64,000 nt of DNA from Octopus bimaculoides (lineage: Eukaryota). The notes under the pieces were generated by a model that saw only the letters and a program-made list of their open reading frames with translations, made no database searches and was not told the DNA's origin. The stretch is from contig NC_068997.1 of NCBI RefSeq assembly GCF_001194135.2, positions 47,230,957 through 47,294,956 on the forward strand. Reading direction: 5' to 3'. This document shows, one piece after another, positions 1-14,104 of this stretch. Within the stretch, counting starts at the first letter, position 1, and every line of letters starts with the position of its first letter. The translations under genes and the position numbers were made by a program.

Positions 1-830
1 AAATGTTCGATAATATTGAGATCTGGGGATTGTAGTGGCTAGATAAGATGTTCAACTTCACTAGAATTTTCCTCGTGTCATTCAGTAACAACTTTAGCTG
101 TGTGAATTGGTGCATTATCATCCTGAAAGATTGAGTTTCACTCCAGAAACAGTTCCGCAAACATAGGATGAATTTGATCAGATAAAATACTTATATAGTC
201 CTGACTGTTAATTCTGCCATGAAGGGAAACCCTTGCGCCAGTGGATTTCCAAGATATAGTCCCCCAGATCATCACAGATCCTCCTCCATGTTTAACAGTT
301 GGAAGAAGGCAATCTGGGTCAAATGCTTCTTTTGGCTGTCTCCACACACATACTCAGCCGGTGGTCAGAAATAAGGATGTCTCATCCAAGAAAATAACAT
401 TCTTCCACTGCTCTTGGGACCAATTCTGTAGGTTTTTACTTCACTCTAAATGTTTTGCAACGTTTGTTTTTGAAAGTAGTGGTTTTCTGATTGCAGCCCT
501 TCCGTGAAATCTGGCTTTGTGCAGCTCCCAGCAAACAGTTTTTGTGGAAACTTGGCTCCTGAGGTGGTCATTAAGCTCTGCAATAATTTTGGGAGCTGTA
601 CTTTTGAGATCCTTTCTAACAATTCATGTAAGAGTCCGACGGTCCCTATCTGAAAGTTTTGGTTTTCTTCCAGAGTTTTGTTTCAACAAGGAGGGGCTTT
701 TCCCTCTTTCTCAAAGGCTGTGATTACTTTCAAGACAGTACTTCTTGATACAAACATTTTGGCTGTTTTTGTTACCTGCCATATGAGCATCAACAATTTG
801 ACCTCTTTGAAAGTTTGATAGAACTGTCAT
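1..830 (-). mobile_element. Decayed Tc1-like transposase (DD36E spacing), running off the window start
   Basis: Reads MTVLSNFQRGQIV...WKNVIFLDE...VKHGGGSVMIWG...FQDDNAPIH...PLQSPDLNIIEH. There are several in-frame stops (including both conserved Trp codons) and a frameshifted N-terminus. 36 residues lie between the second catalytic D and the E. Confidence 0.92.
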
Positions 831-3061
831 TTTAATGAATTTTAATTACCTTTTTCTGATGATATCTGAAAAGAAACAGCAATTTTAGCAAAACATATTA
901 AACATGTTACTAAGTATGACCGTCATATATCTAATTATTTTTTTGAACAGACAACTATCAAATTCACTGGCTGGTCTCCCTGGTGTGACTATTTGGAGTA
1001 GACCATCCCCATTTTTCTCTTCCATGCATTCTCCTCTCATACCAGCATTTCCTTGCTTCTGTCCTTTTGACACCAATAAAGTAAAGCGTACCACTGCCAT
1101 TCTGTAAACACTTCTCCTCTTATTTCACTAGTACACTGCTTTGCAATTCAGAATACCTCATACTTATGATCCTCGCATTTCAGGGCACACGCAAACCTTC
1201 TTCAGCTTCTACCTTTAAGCATACCTGATGTCTAATTCCTCTTCTAGCTACTTGATATTGCCCTTTTGCCCCTTCCTTCCTTCTAGTTTTTAGAGGCCAG
1301 TCTCTTAACTTTTATGGTTCTATCTGCTATCATGTCACTTGTTGTTTGGTTGTAACTTTGCACTAACCACAGATCTGGTCTTAAAACTCTTAACAGATTG
1401 TCTTGTAACTCCCAGTTACCCTTTCAGTTTTAAGTCAGGAGTATCAAACATATGGCTTGCAGCAATACTTACTTCAGCCCCTGGCTTAAATTTGTAGAAA
1501 AAATTAATTCTATTATATTTTTCCATTCTAAAATATTCTGTACAATATATATGTCTAGCACATGTTGGAGTTGGAGCCTAATTAGAGCTGTGATTTAACA
1601 CAAGTTCCAATTAATCAAACTGGCATACCTTAGAGAATGAGAAAGCTTATTAATCTATATACAAAATGTGACCTATTTGCCCTCCACTTTGTCTCTTCAT
1701 GCTTAGCCAAGCAATAGTTTTTCTTCCTCAAATTTATGCACATGTTCATCCGAACGGATTGTAGTGATATGAACAATATTGAAACATTTTGCAGCTGAAA
1801 CTGCAAGCTTTCTATCGAGTATTGATCTCAAGATCTATGCATTCATTTGAACAATTTCTATCTCCATTTTCACTCTATTTACTCTTACTTAATCAGACTG
1901 TGTATATACCATCTGGATGAGCTTATCCCACTTGTCTCTGCACACATGCTTTGCTAACACCTTGTATTCTTTCTGTTGTGTGAAAGCAGAACACCCCTAT
2001 TAGTTGGCTCCTAATGGACTGTGCCACAATATAAATGGACATAGGCAGAGAGCCTTCAGAGCAGAGCACAGCCGAGAGTTGCGCATTGTGTCGAGGGTTA
2101 TTACCAGTATCTTGAGTAGAACAATTTGCGAGTTGTTTTAATGTATATTAATTACTTTATCCATTTACTTTGGTCTAAATTATGAATATGGTATTTTTGG
2201 AATATTTGTTCTTTTCTGGCCCACAAGATCTAGTTTATGCTTCAAGCCATTCGGGCTTGACTATCTTCTGAACCGATGAGGCCCTTATGCAAAACTACTT
2301 TGACAGTAAATGACAGTGACTTTGTCACAACTAGGCAACACCATAGTATCTTCTCTAACATACTTCATGGCCATGGTTATAGTGCAAGGAACGAACATGG
2401 ATCAAGGCTTCCAGAGTTCTGTGGTGATGCAAATGACTTATCATTTGTAACGTTAATTTCAGGAAACCAACCAGATAGACTTCACAACTACCAGGAAAAA
2501 AATTTAGATAGGTAAATGGTGGTGAGGCTCATGTCTCATTTGTATATTCCATTTTTGGCATAGTTTCTATGGTTGGGTGCCCTTACCAACTCCAACAACT
2601 GTACTGGCTGCATTTTAATGTGGCACCAGCACTGGAGAGGTTGTTAAGTGCTCAATACTACTGAAGAATCTACTTCATTCTCTCTCATTAACCAACCATT
2701 TTGCCGAGTGTGCTGGGGAATTTTATCATGGCACCGGCACTAGAGAGAGAGGAAGAAAGAGAGAGGAAGAAAGAGAGAGGGGGGAGAGAATAAAAATGAA
2801 AGGTTGCCATGCCCCCTGCAAGACTAGAGTCCTCTTTCCATACGAAAGGTCACTCTAGCCTTGCAAACATGACTGAGAGTGAATAAAAGGGAAGTAATGA
2901 TGAAGACGATAGGGGTGGGGTGGAGATATAGTGATAGGAAGATAAAGGAGGGAGAAATGGAAGAGAGACAGTGAAAGTTAACACACTGGTGGTTGTTGGT
3001 TGGTTAAATAGAAAATAGGATGATGGTACAGCAATATAAATGTCATGGTTGTGTGTACATG

Positions 3062-3301
3062 TCATCATCATCATCATCATCATCATCATCGTTTAACGTC
3101 CGCCTTCCATGCTAGCATGGGTTGGACGATTTGACTGAGGACTGGTGAAACCGGATGGCAACACCAGGCTCCAATCTAATTTGGCAGAGTTTCTACAGCT
3201 GGATGCCCTTCCTAACGCCAACCACTCAGAGAGTGTAGTGGGTGCTTTTACGTGTCACCCGCACGAAAACGGCCATGCTCGAAATGGTGTCTTTTATATG
3301 C
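3062..3301 (-). mobile_element. SINE/LINE-tail repeat ending in (GAT)n; related copies at about 2520-2730, 24210-24640 and 32810-32960
   Basis: Shared core '...ccatgctagcatgggttggac...ggatgcccttcctaacgcca...' recurs in the window, next to a (CAT)n tract. Confidence 0.7.
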
Positions 3302-6084
3302 NNNNNNNNNNNNNNNNNNNNNNNNNNNNNNNNNNNNNNNNNNNNNNNNNNNNNNNNNNNNNNNNNNNNNNNNNNNNNNNNNNNNNNNNNNNNNNNNNNN
3401 NNNNNNNNNNNNNNNNNNNNNNNNNNNNNNNNNNNNNNNNNNNNNNNNNNNNNNNNNNNNNNNNNNNNNNNNNNNNNNNNNNNNNNNNNNNNNNNNNNNN
3501 NNNNNNNNNNNNNNNNNNNNNNNNNNNNNNNNNNNNNNNNNNNNNNNNNNNNNNNNNNNNNNNNNNNNNNNNNNNNNNNNNNNNNNNNNNNNNNNNNNNN
3601 NNNNNNNNNNNNNNNNNNNNNNNNNNNNNNNNNNNNNNNNNNNNNNNNNNNNNNNNNNNNNNNNNNNNNNNNNNNNNNNNNNNNNNATATATATATATAT
3701 ATATATATACATACACGACAGGCTTCTTTCAATTTCCGTCTACCAAAATCCACTCACAAGGCTTTGGTCAGCCCGAGGCTATAGAAAAAAACACTTGTCC
3801 AAGGTGCCATGCAGTGGGAGTAGACCCGGAACCATGTGGTTGGGATGCATGACTGATAACTGATGAGGGATGAACATGGCAACGTCTCGTGTGTGATTTT
3901 TCTGTGTTCCTTTGTCGTCTTTCTGGGCAATGTTTTACTGTTATATTTATATAACACACACATACAGCATGTGTATATACAAACACACACAGTAATGCAA
4001 AAGATATACAGTATGTACATGCATTTGTAATTTTCAAGAAAATTGTGTGTGTGTGTGTATGTGTGTGTTACTACTTACAACTCAGCATCAACGGCCTCAC
4101 AATAGTAAACATGTCGTGGAAGCTTTTTTAACTTGGAAGCAAAACAAAGACCAAAATTGCACAATAAGAAACAATGCACTTCATCTTGTTGACAATAATA
4201 GCAAAAATATTGAGTTGCAGGAACTGGGACTTAACAAACAATAGCATATGACAGGGTGGTAGTGGTGACTGTAATATCTGGAGTAGTTGTTTAGCCACAG
4301 GTCAACTATAATTGAGCATATCTATGACCAAAAACGCTCCAGTCGTGGCTATACCATTTGTTTGTACATCAAAATACTACATTATCTAATGTATCTGGGT
4401 TTTTTATTTTATTTAAGTCGGTAAAACATTTGAGGAAATGTGTTTAGCAGGTCAAGTGATTGGGAAGAAGAGGAGTCTCCCTTGCTACCTCATATCGCAT
4501 TATAAATAATGGTGGTGAGGTAGAAGACGTGGTGGAAAACAGATTGGACAACCTACGAGAAAGGAGACACAAAACACACACACGCGGACACAACAGACAA
4601 ATGAAACGGCCAAACGATGAGTGACGCCTTCCTTCCTTAAGGGAGCAAGCTTTTGTAACTGACAACATATGAATGAATTGGATTGGGGGGGNNNNNNNNN
4701 NNNNGGGGGGGGGGGAGATGTGTTTGTGTTTCTAGGAGTGTGCAAGTACACTTTAGCTGTGTGCGTGTGTATAAAAGAGACAGAGCGAAACAGATAGCAA
4801 TGGGGTGATAGACGTTGTCACTGCATGTTTATGCGTCTAGGTTTTTGCTTTAAGGAGTTGCGTAAGAAGTGTGTTTGAGTGTTGGATTGGGGAGCAAGAC
4901 GTATGGATTAAAAGGGGGCTGGCAGCTCTGTTTGTGATTCGATAAATGTTGTTTAGCAAGAAATCCGAGCTGATCAAACAGAACTCACAATTAAACGCAT
5001 TTTAATCATGGTATTTTTTCAGACTACATTATTCAATGTGTTCTTTCACTTTTAAGACGGTGGCGTATACCTTGGAGTAGATATGACTGCTACTATTTCT
5101 AGCAGATCGAGTGATCTTAGGGAGGGGGTGACACTGCATATATCAGCAAGAAGCTTCGGGATTATTTAATAAATGTGTGCGTTTGAAGAGGACAGTGACA
5201 CTGATTGAGATTTAAAATATATATGAAATAGCATTATAAAATATATTATAGTCAACAAAAGTTACGTAACATGAATGATTGACACAACCAGCATGCTTTT
5301 AAAGACAATTAGCAATATAGATAACCATACTTCGACAAGAGACTTTTCTGTGGTCATCAATTACTGATTCCATATATATTTTATTTCTTCGCGTTTCTTT
5401 AGCTCAAATCCCGCGTAAGTTGACATACCCGTTTATTCACCCGTCGGGAGAAGTTTAATACAGTTAATTTGACCTCCAACGCACACAAAATCTGCGGAGG
5501 TAAAAAAAATATGTATACCACCCGTTTTCGGCGTAATAAAAACCCTAACCCTAAACACCGAATGTACGTATTCCTTACTTTTGCCCACGAAATCTATAGA
5601 TAAATATGCCTCACAAAATTAGTCTAAGTCACATAAGGTCAGAGTTTCGGTTACTGAGAAACGAGTGCACCGTAAAAATGTATGGCAAAACATCTGTCTC
5701 AGCAAACTGCTTTCCACCGTTATAAAACAGGTACTTTCTAAAATATAAACAATAATTCACATTAAATAACACCATCCCAGAGGAAAATTAAAGGATAACA
5801 CTTGACTACATTCGTAAACAAACAAAAGAGCGGGTCGTATACCAAACCTTGCGCCTCACACTACACCCAATAAGTTTCATTAGTTTAAATCCAGCAAGAT
5901 ACATTCATAAAACAGTAACTTACAGTACAATGTTTGTTTAATTGATAGAAACAGTTTATTTTTGGTTGAATAAAGACAAATACTCCTCATAAAACGAATT
6001 AATTTGTAGCATAATGGAGACTCATCGGAGTTCAAAATGTCCAAATCTTCATTCGGTCACAGAAATGTCAACACAATTGTTGAT

Positions 6085-6505
6085 AAGGTCACAAGGAATA
6101 GCGCTTGGATGACCAAGCCAGATGTTGCAATTTCCAACATGGGTGTGTGGTTAATATGCTCGCTTTGCAACCATATGGTTTCGGTTTCAGTCCCACTACA
6201 CAGCATTTTGAACAAGTGACTTTTGTTATGGAGTCCCGGGCCGACCAATGCCTTATGAGTAAATCTGGTAGGCAGAAACTGTGTGGAATCCCTTGGTGTA
6301 TATGCAAGCGCGTAATTTGTGTCTTTGTCTCCCACCACCGCTCGACAAACGGTGCTGGTTTGTTTACGACCCCATAACATAGCGGTTCGGCAAAAGGTAC
6401 CGATAAGGTAAGTACCAGACTTAAAAAGATTCGATCAATTAAACCCCTTCAAGGCGGTACCCCAGCATGGCCGCAGTCGAATGACCGAAACAAAAGATGA
6501 AATAA
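6085..6505 (+). mobile_element. tRNA-derived SINE family B (degenerate copy)
   Basis: Diverged tRNA-like head and a 3' end 'cggtacccagcatggccgcagtc...gaaacaaaag' shared with other copies. Confidence 0.7.
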
Positions 6506-7436
6506 GAGCGCTGTGCAGTGATAATGAAATTAATAATTTCCGGAAAGAAACTGCAGACACAAAAGTTAAAATATTCCTTCTTCCAAAAGTATCTGAAGCA
6601 GCAAGAATGAACCAAATCAGTCAAAGCATGTCATTATTTTGTTTCCAATTCAAAATGTTTCATATAATAACAGCAGAGACGAATCACTTTAGAGGGTTAT
6701 TGTAATCGAAATTAGGGTATTTTTGCCATAAATATAATAATGAACATTTTTAGAATGCCAATCGGCATTATCATTTTGGCTAATAATTCATTGTATATGG
6801 TGTGATGTCTGAACAAAATTTAAATAACATTACATTTCAGGGTTCTTATCTCGACTTACCTGTAATTAAGAATAGTTTTGAAAGGAGAAAATTAGCAATA
6901 GATTTATGTAAAGAACACACCGTTGAGATGTATGTGAATTACTTTGACAATTAAAAAAAAAATACTATTAAACCTTGGGAGAGGCATTATGCCGGTAATA
7001 AAATGTTTTGTCGAAATTCATGATTGTTTCAGGCTAAAACACGTAGGGGTGTATTTTAGAAACATAATACAATGTTTTCTGGCTTAGGTACAAGACCAGC
7101 AACTTTTGGGGGACGGGTGGTTATGTCGATACCATCTACACAAGTAATTTACTTTATAGACCCCGGAGGGATAAAAGGTAAAGCTGACCTCGACGGGAAA
7201 TGAACTAAGAAGGTTAAGATATTTTACAAATATTGTAAAACATGTTTGTTTTTTTTGTTTTCTAGCGTTCTACGTTTCTACCCAAGGCTTTTGTAAAAAG
7301 AAATAACATGATTTCATAACGATCTGAATATATCGAACTTTAAAATGAATTGATTGGTAAGGAGACTTATGAATGTCAGACAAAGAAGGGATTTAAAAAA
7401 AAATCTTTTTCAAGGAAGAATTTGCTAAAACTGAAC

Positions 7437-7757
7437 CTATGGTTCTCAATCTGAGTCCTTATGACACCAGGAAGTCCACATAAGTAAAACAGTAAATTTC
7501 GTCCACAGTCTTATTTGAAAGGTCCATGAAAAACGTTGCTATAGATGTATTTATTGCAAGAAACGGCTAGGTTTCTTTCTCAAACGTTTTACATAGTTCA
7601 ACCTACACAAGTGAATGTGTGCTGAACAAAATAGGTATTTTGAAATAAGTATCTATAAAACTAGTTTTAAATATCAAATAGCTATGGGGGTCCGCTAGAA
7701 TAATAAAATAATCGGTGGGGGAAGGTCATATATAAAAAAAATGGTTGAGAACCCCTG
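7437..7757. mobile_element. hAT (Charlie-type) MITE, about 321 bp
   Basis: TIRs ctatggttctcaatc / ggttgagaacccctg. Flanking 8-mers aactgaac / gtctaaac match at 5 of 8 positions. Confidence 0.7.
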
Positions 7758-10700
7758 GTCTAAACAGACAGACAAATATGGTTACGTTTAAGAAAAATAC
7801 TGGGTTGGTGTATAAGAACAGAAAGCAAAAATTATAACTAAATCCAACATACAAACACGTCAAGCTAGAATATCTACTGTGAATATTTAATATCTATAAT
7901 GTCGAATAGTATTAATTTAATAACGAAAGACACTGGAGCAGACATTTGAGTCCAAGAAGCAATTTCTGAAGTTACCTCTTACAAGCGTCATGTCATTCAT
8001 TATCGGACTCAAACATTTACACAAATAGACAATGATTCTATATTTTGCAGTTATTAGAATATTTAAATTTTAAAAATCACTTGCATAATAAATGTAAACT
8101 TCGCAAAATATTTCTTTCTTTTTCTTCATTCTGAAAGAACATATGAATTCTTCCAATAAAAATGCAAGTTATTCTCCAAGCAAAATTTAATTGTGGCTGA
8201 CAAGTTCTGAACGAATTTAGTTTTCTACCTACGTAAACTATTAAAATATATACGATTACATACAACGAACAGGGACAAGTGATGATTACTTATATACACA
8301 AGTATGAAGCTCAATATATCTATACATATACGTATTTATTTTCTTCAGGAGATTAGAAGTTGTAACTTGCACAAGGAAATGTATTAAGCTACATAAACTT
8401 AGGCAGTTCTTAGGAATCGAAATCAAAACGCGGACTCAGATTGGAGGTAACGCTGCAATCAACCAAACACTAAAGTCTATGCGTGATCTATTGTATATAT
8501 TTATCCTGCATACCTTTAAAAATATACCTAATAACTATCATCTGTGATGAGAATTATATATAAATAACACAGACACAACAGTCAATTTCCTTCAAGTCAC
8601 AAGATCAGACCATCACTCGTTAGTCCTAGATACTCATAAAAAGGCGGAGATGGAATGCTTTTGACCACACACACGCCTGTCAGCTTGATCAGCGTTGACC
8701 TGGGGCTAAACAACACCAAATAGTCATTTGATTACCACAGCAGAAAGCTTCATTTCTCAGGAACAATTTTCTGTGAGAATGGGATCTGTACAGCTTTTAT
8801 ATTTTTGTTCACTTGTCACTACAGGTCTTGACAAAAGCGTAAACGTCACGAAATCACGTTTTCTTTACCTTTTTTCTCCTCACCCACCTCTAGCTACAAA
8901 TAGGAGTTCTATTCACCTACCCACTGGTATTTTTAAGTTTATTATTACGAGAGAAGTTATTAATTGCTAAGAAAGCTGGATCGGTCAGTCAGTTAATTGA
9001 GTCTCCTTCCTCCTTGTCCCTTAATTCACATACTAAAAGATGATTATGGTGTCGAGTACATGGTTCACGTTGCGATTAACACACACAGACAGAAAGAGGA
9101 AGAGACAAGAAGTGAGAAGGCAGGGGGTAAAAAAGCCAGGGAGTGTCGACAGGGGGGGGGAGAAAAACAGCAAAAAAGCAGCTTAAGGAACAGAATTTTT
9201 TTAAATTTTTGACAATGGATATAGTTTTTGAGACGAATGCATTCATCATATGTGTGTGTGTATATATATATATACGCGCGCACACACACACACACAGAAA
9301 TTGGTGCATATATATCGACCCAGCACGAAAAAAATTCGGATAGGAAGTAAAACTCAGAACACATGTTTGCATAAGCGACTTGATAGGATTGATAAAGCCA
9401 AAGGTGGGCGTTCGACCTGGTACAAAAAAAAAAAAGCAGCAACATCTTCGAATCCCATTATACACTTGCCCTTTTCTCTTAAGACATACTGAATAATGTA
9501 GCTCTTAGATACGCTGTCTGAATAAAAGACGAGATGGTCAAGGCTGGTGTGCTTTTGACAATAGGCCAGCTGAATCAGAGCTGGACTGAGACCGAACGCT
9601 ACAACGACCAACTCGATCTGGTTACTTGACGCTACTAGAAACAGTCAAATCATGAAAATGCACCCCAATGTCTTAAAACTAAAACACGGAAAGAACACGA
9701 TGCATGCCTGAAAAAAAAAAGATGGGATAGTTGCAGCTGGAGAGCTTTTGGTTCTAAATCGTTTTCGGTTTCAACCAGCACAGATCTGGGACTAAACAAC
9801 TATAGAATAAAACCAAAAAGTATTCCATCCAATCTTTTAGGTTCCTTATACTAATCTTCAACACCATTGTTTATATTAAAACATTCCACTTACCATCCGA
9901 AACTAGGATTTATATAAGCAGTCAATAACAAACATAAGAATGGCTAAGAAAATATGAGGTCTGTCTGAATGAAATTGATTATTTTACAATTAAAAAAAAT
10001 CTCTCTCTCTCTCTCTCTTATATCTATATTACACATGTAGAACTAGGTATGTACATACATGTACGTATATATGCATATACTCATATATTATTTCTATTAA
10101 ACAAACACATATATACATATACAAGGGAGAGGGTATATATTATGTAGAGCGAAGAAAGACGGTATATATGATATATTCTCTCTCTCTCTCTCTTATACAC
10201 AGTGATATTTCGTTATGACAAAATTCCTTAAACCATTCAAATGCTTTCTTAATACGAACGCGTTTTTATACACACCACACATATATATATATATATACAC
10301 GTATATTATAATAGACACACACGCTTAACTGATAGTTTTTCTCTTCTTTCGTTTGAGGATGGTGATTCGCAGCGTCGCTACTCAGAGTATCTCAAATATG
10401 TGCGATCCTTCAAGTAATTAAAATAGAAAATATATCTGTGTATATGTGATTGTGTACGTGCAAAATTTTAACGGCGAAAATATCAACACGGAAGACTGAA
10501 ATTGTCCATGAAAGAAGAAACGTTGAATGGGTTTGGAAGAGTTAAGATGCTAAACTAAATCTAGAAGAGGAGAACATTTAAGAAGACAATCGTCCTAAAC
10601 AAACACAAATACAAAGTAATTCTTTCTCAGTGTATGTATATATATATATATATATGACAGTGGATTTTCATCGATGAGTTCATAAACCTTGGTTCTTTTC

Positions 10701-10818
10701 CCTAATACTATATATATTTATATATATTTTATACTGTGAAAATTAATTTAATTTTAATTTTTAATAAATTGATTTTAATTGAGTTTTTACCTGTAATTTT
10801 GGATTTTATCCCTAATAT

Positions 10819-10853
<35 letters not shown>

Positions 10854-11389
10854 NNNNNNNNNNNNNNNNNNNNNNNNNNNNNNNNNNNNNNNNNNNNNNN
10901 NNNNNNNNNNNNNNNNNNNNNNNNNNNNNNNNNNNNNNNNNNNNNNNNNNNNNNNNNNNNNNNNNNNNNNNNNNNNNNNNNNNNNNNNNNNNNNNNNNNN
11001 NNNNNNNNNNNNNNNNNNNNNNNNNNNNNNNNNNNNNNNNNNNNNNNNNNNNNNNNNNNNNNNNNNNNNNNNNNNNNNNNNNNNNNNNNNNNNNNNNNNN
11101 NNNNNNNNNNNNNNNNNNNNNNNNNNNNNNNNNNNNNNNNNNNNNNNNNNNNNNNNNNNNNNNNNNNNNNNNNTATATATATATATATATATACACACAC
11201 ACATTCATATGTGTACACGTATATAGAAAGCAGTTACTAAGAGCATGTGTGTATGTATATGGTGCATATAGTATGTAAGAAAAGAAGATTGCTCAGTGAT
11301 GGCAAAAACAAACCAAAGCACATCTATATAGAAACATACATGTAGCCATATATATATATACTTATATACAGGCATCCACATAGAAGCAC

Positions 11390-11438
<49 letters not shown>

Positions 11439-11759
11439 NNNNNNNNNNNNNNNNNNNNNNNNNNNNNNNNNNNAAAAAATTAAAATTAAATTAATGACAG
11501 TGGATTTTCATCGATGAGTTCATGAACCTTGGTTCTTTTCCCTAAAACTATATATATATATACCTGTATGTAAAAATGATTAAAGAGAAGCTCACCGTTT
11601 TAGCCATGTCGACGTTGAATGTTTATCGTCCTTTTTTGTTGTGATAGTGTGGATGGGGAGGAGGGGAACGTAACTTTCCGGTTTAGTATAGCACTGCCCT
11701 CTGCTGGCTCATTCATTCGACGCTTCAGCCGATAAGCAAGGGGACATAATTCAGATAAC

Positions 11760-11963
11760 TCTTTACTCTTTTATTTGTTTCAGTCATTTGGCTGCGGCCA
11801 TGCTGGAGCACCGCCTTTAGTCGAGCAAATCGACCCCAGGACTTATTCTTTTGTAAGCTTAGTACTTATTCTATTGGTCTCTTTTGCCGAACCGCTAAAT
11901 TACGGGGACATAAACACACCAGCATCGGTTGTCAAACAATGCTAGGGGGACAAACACACACAC

Positions 11964-12002
<39 letters not shown>

Positions 12003-13041
12003 TATATACATATATACGACGGGCTTCTTTCAGTTTCCGTCTACCATATCCACTCACAAGGCTTTGGTCGGTCCGAGGCTATAGTAGAAGACACTTGCCC
12101 ATGGTGCCACGCAGTGGGACTGAACCCAGAACCATGTGGTTGGANNNNNNNNNNNNNNNNNNNNNNNNNNNNNNNNNNNNNNNNNNNNNNNNNNNNNNNN
12201 NNNNNNNNNNNNNNNNNNNNNNNNNNNNNNNNNNNNNNNNNNNNNNNNNNNNNNNNNNNNNNNNNNNNNNNNNNNNNNNNNNNNNNNNNNNNNNNNNNNN
12301 NNNNNNNNNNNNNNNNNNNNNNNNNNNNNNNNNNNNNNNNNNNNNNNNNNNNNNNNNNNNNNNNNNNNNNNNNNNNNNNNNNNNNNNNNNNNNNNNNNNN
12401 NNNNNNNNNNNNNNNNNNNNNNNNNNNNNNNNNNNNNNNNNNNNNNNNNNNNNNNNNNNNNNNNNNNNNNNNNNNNNNNNNNNNNNNNNNNNNNNNNNNN
12501 NNNNNNNNNNNNNNNNNNNNNNNNNNNNNNNNNNNNNNNNNNNNNNNNNNNNNNNNNNNNNNNNNNNNNNNNNNNNNNNNNNNNNNNNNNNNNNNNNNNN
12601 NNNNNNNNNNNNNNNNNNNNNNNNNNNNNNNNNNNNNNNNNNNNNNNNNNNNNNNNNNNNNNNNNNNNNNNNNNNNNNNNNNNNNNNNNNNNNNNNNNNN
12701 NNNNNNNNNNNNNNNNNNNNNNNNNNNNNNNNNNNNNNNNNNNNNNNNNNNNNNNNNNNNNNNNNNNNNNNNNNNNNNNNNNNNNNNNNNNNNNNNNNNN
12801 NNNNNNNNNNNNNNNNNNNNNNNNNNNNNNNNNNNNNNNNNNNNNNNNNNNNNNNNNNNNNNNNNNNNNNNNNNNNNNNNNNNNNTATATATACGACGGG
12901 CTTCTTTCAGTTTCCGTCTACCATATCCACTCACAAGGCTTTGGTCGGTCCGAGGCTATAGTAGAAGACACTTGCCCATGGTGCCACGCAGTGGGACTGA
13001 ACCCAGAACCATGTGGTTGGAAAGAAGCTACTTACCACACA
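11760..13041 (-). mobile_element. tRNA-derived SINE family B with internal (TA)n, split by an N-gap; another partial copy at 3687-3845
   Basis: Near-identical to the copies at 29231-29610 and 52190-52546. The head has A/B-box-like motifs (TGGCTGTGTGGT / GGTTCAGTCC). Confidence 0.85.
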
Positions 13042-14104
13042 TCCTTCCAATAAGTTCGTTAAGATTAAGACTCTGGTTACATTAATTTCGATTTTTAATT
13101 ACCGTCATGCAACTTATACTGTTAATAAATTATTTCATTTCTAGGTTGAAAACCCAAAAGACCAGCACAATTGAGTTTTGCTCACTAAGAGAGTTATAAT
13201 ACCGAAAGCATTAGTCGGGGATTTTGTTAAAATGATATACAATTGTTGGTTTCGTATATTGAAGCAAATTCACTGCTTCCTCACTGAGGTTTGGCTCTAT
13301 ATATATGAACAATGTGACTATCAGAAATAAGCAGTTGACCAGAAAGATTCATATCTCATCCGGTTAATCTTTGAAACTTGAGCTAAGCACTAGCTATTAA
13401 AGAGTCACTCATGAATACAGGATGAGAGCCCTTTATAATACCTCCTCATCACTAGTGTACTTATAAACTGGCTTTTGAGTCATCTAGAGAGTTGGTGATG
13501 ACTATAACGGCAGTCCTCCTGTCCTATTGTTCTGGATAGATAACTTCTGAACATCCAAGTTCACGACAGAGCTTTTGAATAACACTGCTAATGAATGTAA
13601 GGGAGTATTTATGCCCATTTTTAATTTCTGGTGTTATCTTTTTTCTTTTACTTTGGCCATGCTGGGGCACTTGCTTAAAGGATTTAGTCGTACAAGTCGA
13701 CCACAGTATTCATTTTAAAGTCTGGTAATTGTTTTATAGGTCTCTTTGGCGAACCATTTCGGGGTCGATGAATTAAGTATCAGTGAAATACTGGGGTCGA
13801 TATGACCGACTTACTTCCTCCTCCAAATTGCAGGCTTCGTGTCTTTAGTAGTTATTATTATTATTGCCGTCATACTGGGAGGACGTAGTAAGTTGGAGCT
13901 CCGTAATTTGTAAGTGTTTAATCAAGCGTCTCGGCTGGTTGCAGCCCGTTCATTCACAATTTTATTTAACAAGTATTTTGCTTGCATTGTCTGGATCGTG
14001 GTGGTAACGTTTTATGTAGTTGTACCCCCTTTTGAGGTGGGGGTGTAATAATTGTTTTGCATTTTTGCATTTTTTTTGTAAAGACAGGATTTTATTCATT
14101 TTTC

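Noticed and set aside
3145-3863. Long ORFs in the track spanning N-runs (also about 10.7-11.3, 11.9-13.1, 33.4-34.2, 43.8-44.4, 47.0-49.1, 52.9-53.6, 55.8-56.3 and 60.6-61.3 kb)
   Set aside because: Their length comes from X residues across assembly gaps; the real flanks are SINE or microsatellite sequence.
6490-6610. Minus-strand peptide LAASDTFGRRNIL resembling MFS motif A, and LQIGVLFTYPL at 8894-8926 (+)
   Set aside because: Short motif matches on opposite strands with no supporting exon chain; likely chance.
12011-13021. Apparent tandem duplication of a SINE segment (12011-12144 = 12886-13021)
   Set aside because: The copies look identical and flank a gap; most likely overlapping contig ends.
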